Assembly (NCBI GenBank): GCA_000175855.1 | Contig: ACYB01000010.1 | Coordinates: forward strand, 29,464-61,463 | Direction: 5' to 3' | Source of the DNA: Raphidiopsis brookii D9 | Lineage (GTDB): Bacteria; Cyanobacteriota; Cyanobacteriia; Cyanobacteriales; Nostocaceae | DNA: 32,000 nucleotides | Part shown: positions 31,284 through 32,000 of the stretch, one piece after another | Numbering within the stretch: the stretch's first letter is position 1 | Layout of the letters: every line of letters starts with the position of its first letter | Position numbers and translations under genes: made by a program | The notes under the pieces: model-generated | What the model saw: the letters and a program-made list of their open reading frames with translations, nothing else | The model's database searches: none | What the model was told of the DNA's origin: nothing

Positions 31284-32000
31284 TTATTCCCAATCTGCTC
31301 GAATGAGGTTACGCTTACTGCGACTGAAAATTAACCCCACTTCATGGACTGTTTTCCCTGGTTCTCCTCTATACTTTTGTGCATAGTTACATTCCTGTAT
31401 CTGTTTGAGAGCTAGGTTCTCTTTCACCTTCTCCCCATCTACTACTTTGATTTCCATCACGTAAATATGATCACCCAAAATGGCAGTTATGTCCGCTTGA
31501 CCATAATTGGTGATATCTTCGGGGATGATGCGTGCATTTAAGGAACTCAAGAAAGCATATAGTACAGAAGCGTAGTAGCCCTCGAAATCCGCTAGGTGAT
31601 TGTTAGTAAAGTTACGCCAAGGAATACCCGCAAATAGACGCTTTACCGCCTTAACTATTGATTCCAAATCCCCATTCCACATACACTCATACAGAATATC
31701 TTGAATAGCACTCTTTTCATTTACCATTCCTGTGTATACGTTGATAAACTGGTCGTTTAAGGTTAAACGAACTTCCATGTTGGGTATTTTTAGGGCAAAC
31801 ATGGAACGTCGATGACGGGTAAAGTTGCGCTCAATAGTGAGATATCCTGATTGGAATAATAGGGTAACTGGGTTGATTTGTTCTATTTCAAAGGACTTTA
31901 AAATCTCCTCGGTTACTTCCAGATGCTCTAGGTTGGGGAGGAAGTAGCGGTTGGTCTGAAACAGCTTAATTAAAAAGGTGGGGTTCCCTGTCTCAAACCA
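31284..32000 (-). CDS. PD-(D/E)XK nuclease domain protein of the AAA-ATPase-like/DUF1703 type (5' end outside window)
   Basis: The listed ORF starts at 31802, but the frame is open to the window edge: WFETGNPTFLIKLFQTNRYFLPNLEHLEVTEEILKSFEIEQINPVTLLFQSGYLTIERNFTRHRRS|MFALKIPNMEVRLTL... Nuclease-like core: GQADITAILGDHIYVMEIKVV. Confidence 0.82.
   Translation of the reverse strand, partial: WFETGNPTFLIKLFQTNRYFLPNLEHLEVTEEILKSFEIEQINPVTLLFQSGYLTIERNFTRHRRSMFALKIPNMEVRLTLNDQFINVYTGMVNEKSAIQDILYECMWNGDLESIVKAVKRLFAGIPWRNFTNNHLADFEGYYASVLYAFLSSLNARIIPEDITNYGQADITAILGDHIYVMEIKVVDGEKVKENLALKQIQECNYAQKYRGEPGKTVHEVGLIFSRSKRNLIRADWE

Overview
This is a cyanobacterial chromosomal window. HIP1 octamers (GCGATCGC) are dense, and typical cyanobacterial genes are present: HetZ-related, DUF751, CP12, NTRC, ThiO/ThiG fusion and a Npun_F0494-like protein. 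Most of it is housekeeping: rbfA, guaA, cbiD, cobQ, ferredoxin, cimA, thiO-thiG, tldD/pmbA, ssb-like, a Wzc-type tyrosine autokinase, and others. The most unusual structure is on the minus strand at about 9.1-12.7 kb. There, the NADPH-thioredoxin reductase/thioredoxin fusion gene (NTRC) is split by a group II intron, placed at 10323..12571. The intron has GTGCG at its 5' end, a canonical 34-nt domain V with a GAAA tetraloop, and AC at its 3' end. Removing it restores a continuous 456-aa NTRC through the motif [17 protein letters not shown]. The intron-encoded protein looks decayed: it has frame breaks and has lost all the catalytic Asp residues of the reverse transcriptase (YVLDADI->YVLAGEL, YADD->HRGG), yet keeps a recognisable maturase/X domain. 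Secondary signals are two dispersed, near-identical ~190-bp remnants of an IS200/IS605-type tnpB 3' end plus right-end hairpin (the region that carries omegaRNA in such elements), one lying directly upstream of a small membrane-protein gene. There are also two genes that look frameshifted: a type IV pilin-like gene and an unknown gene at 26406..27292. I found no CRISPR array, tRNA or rRNA.
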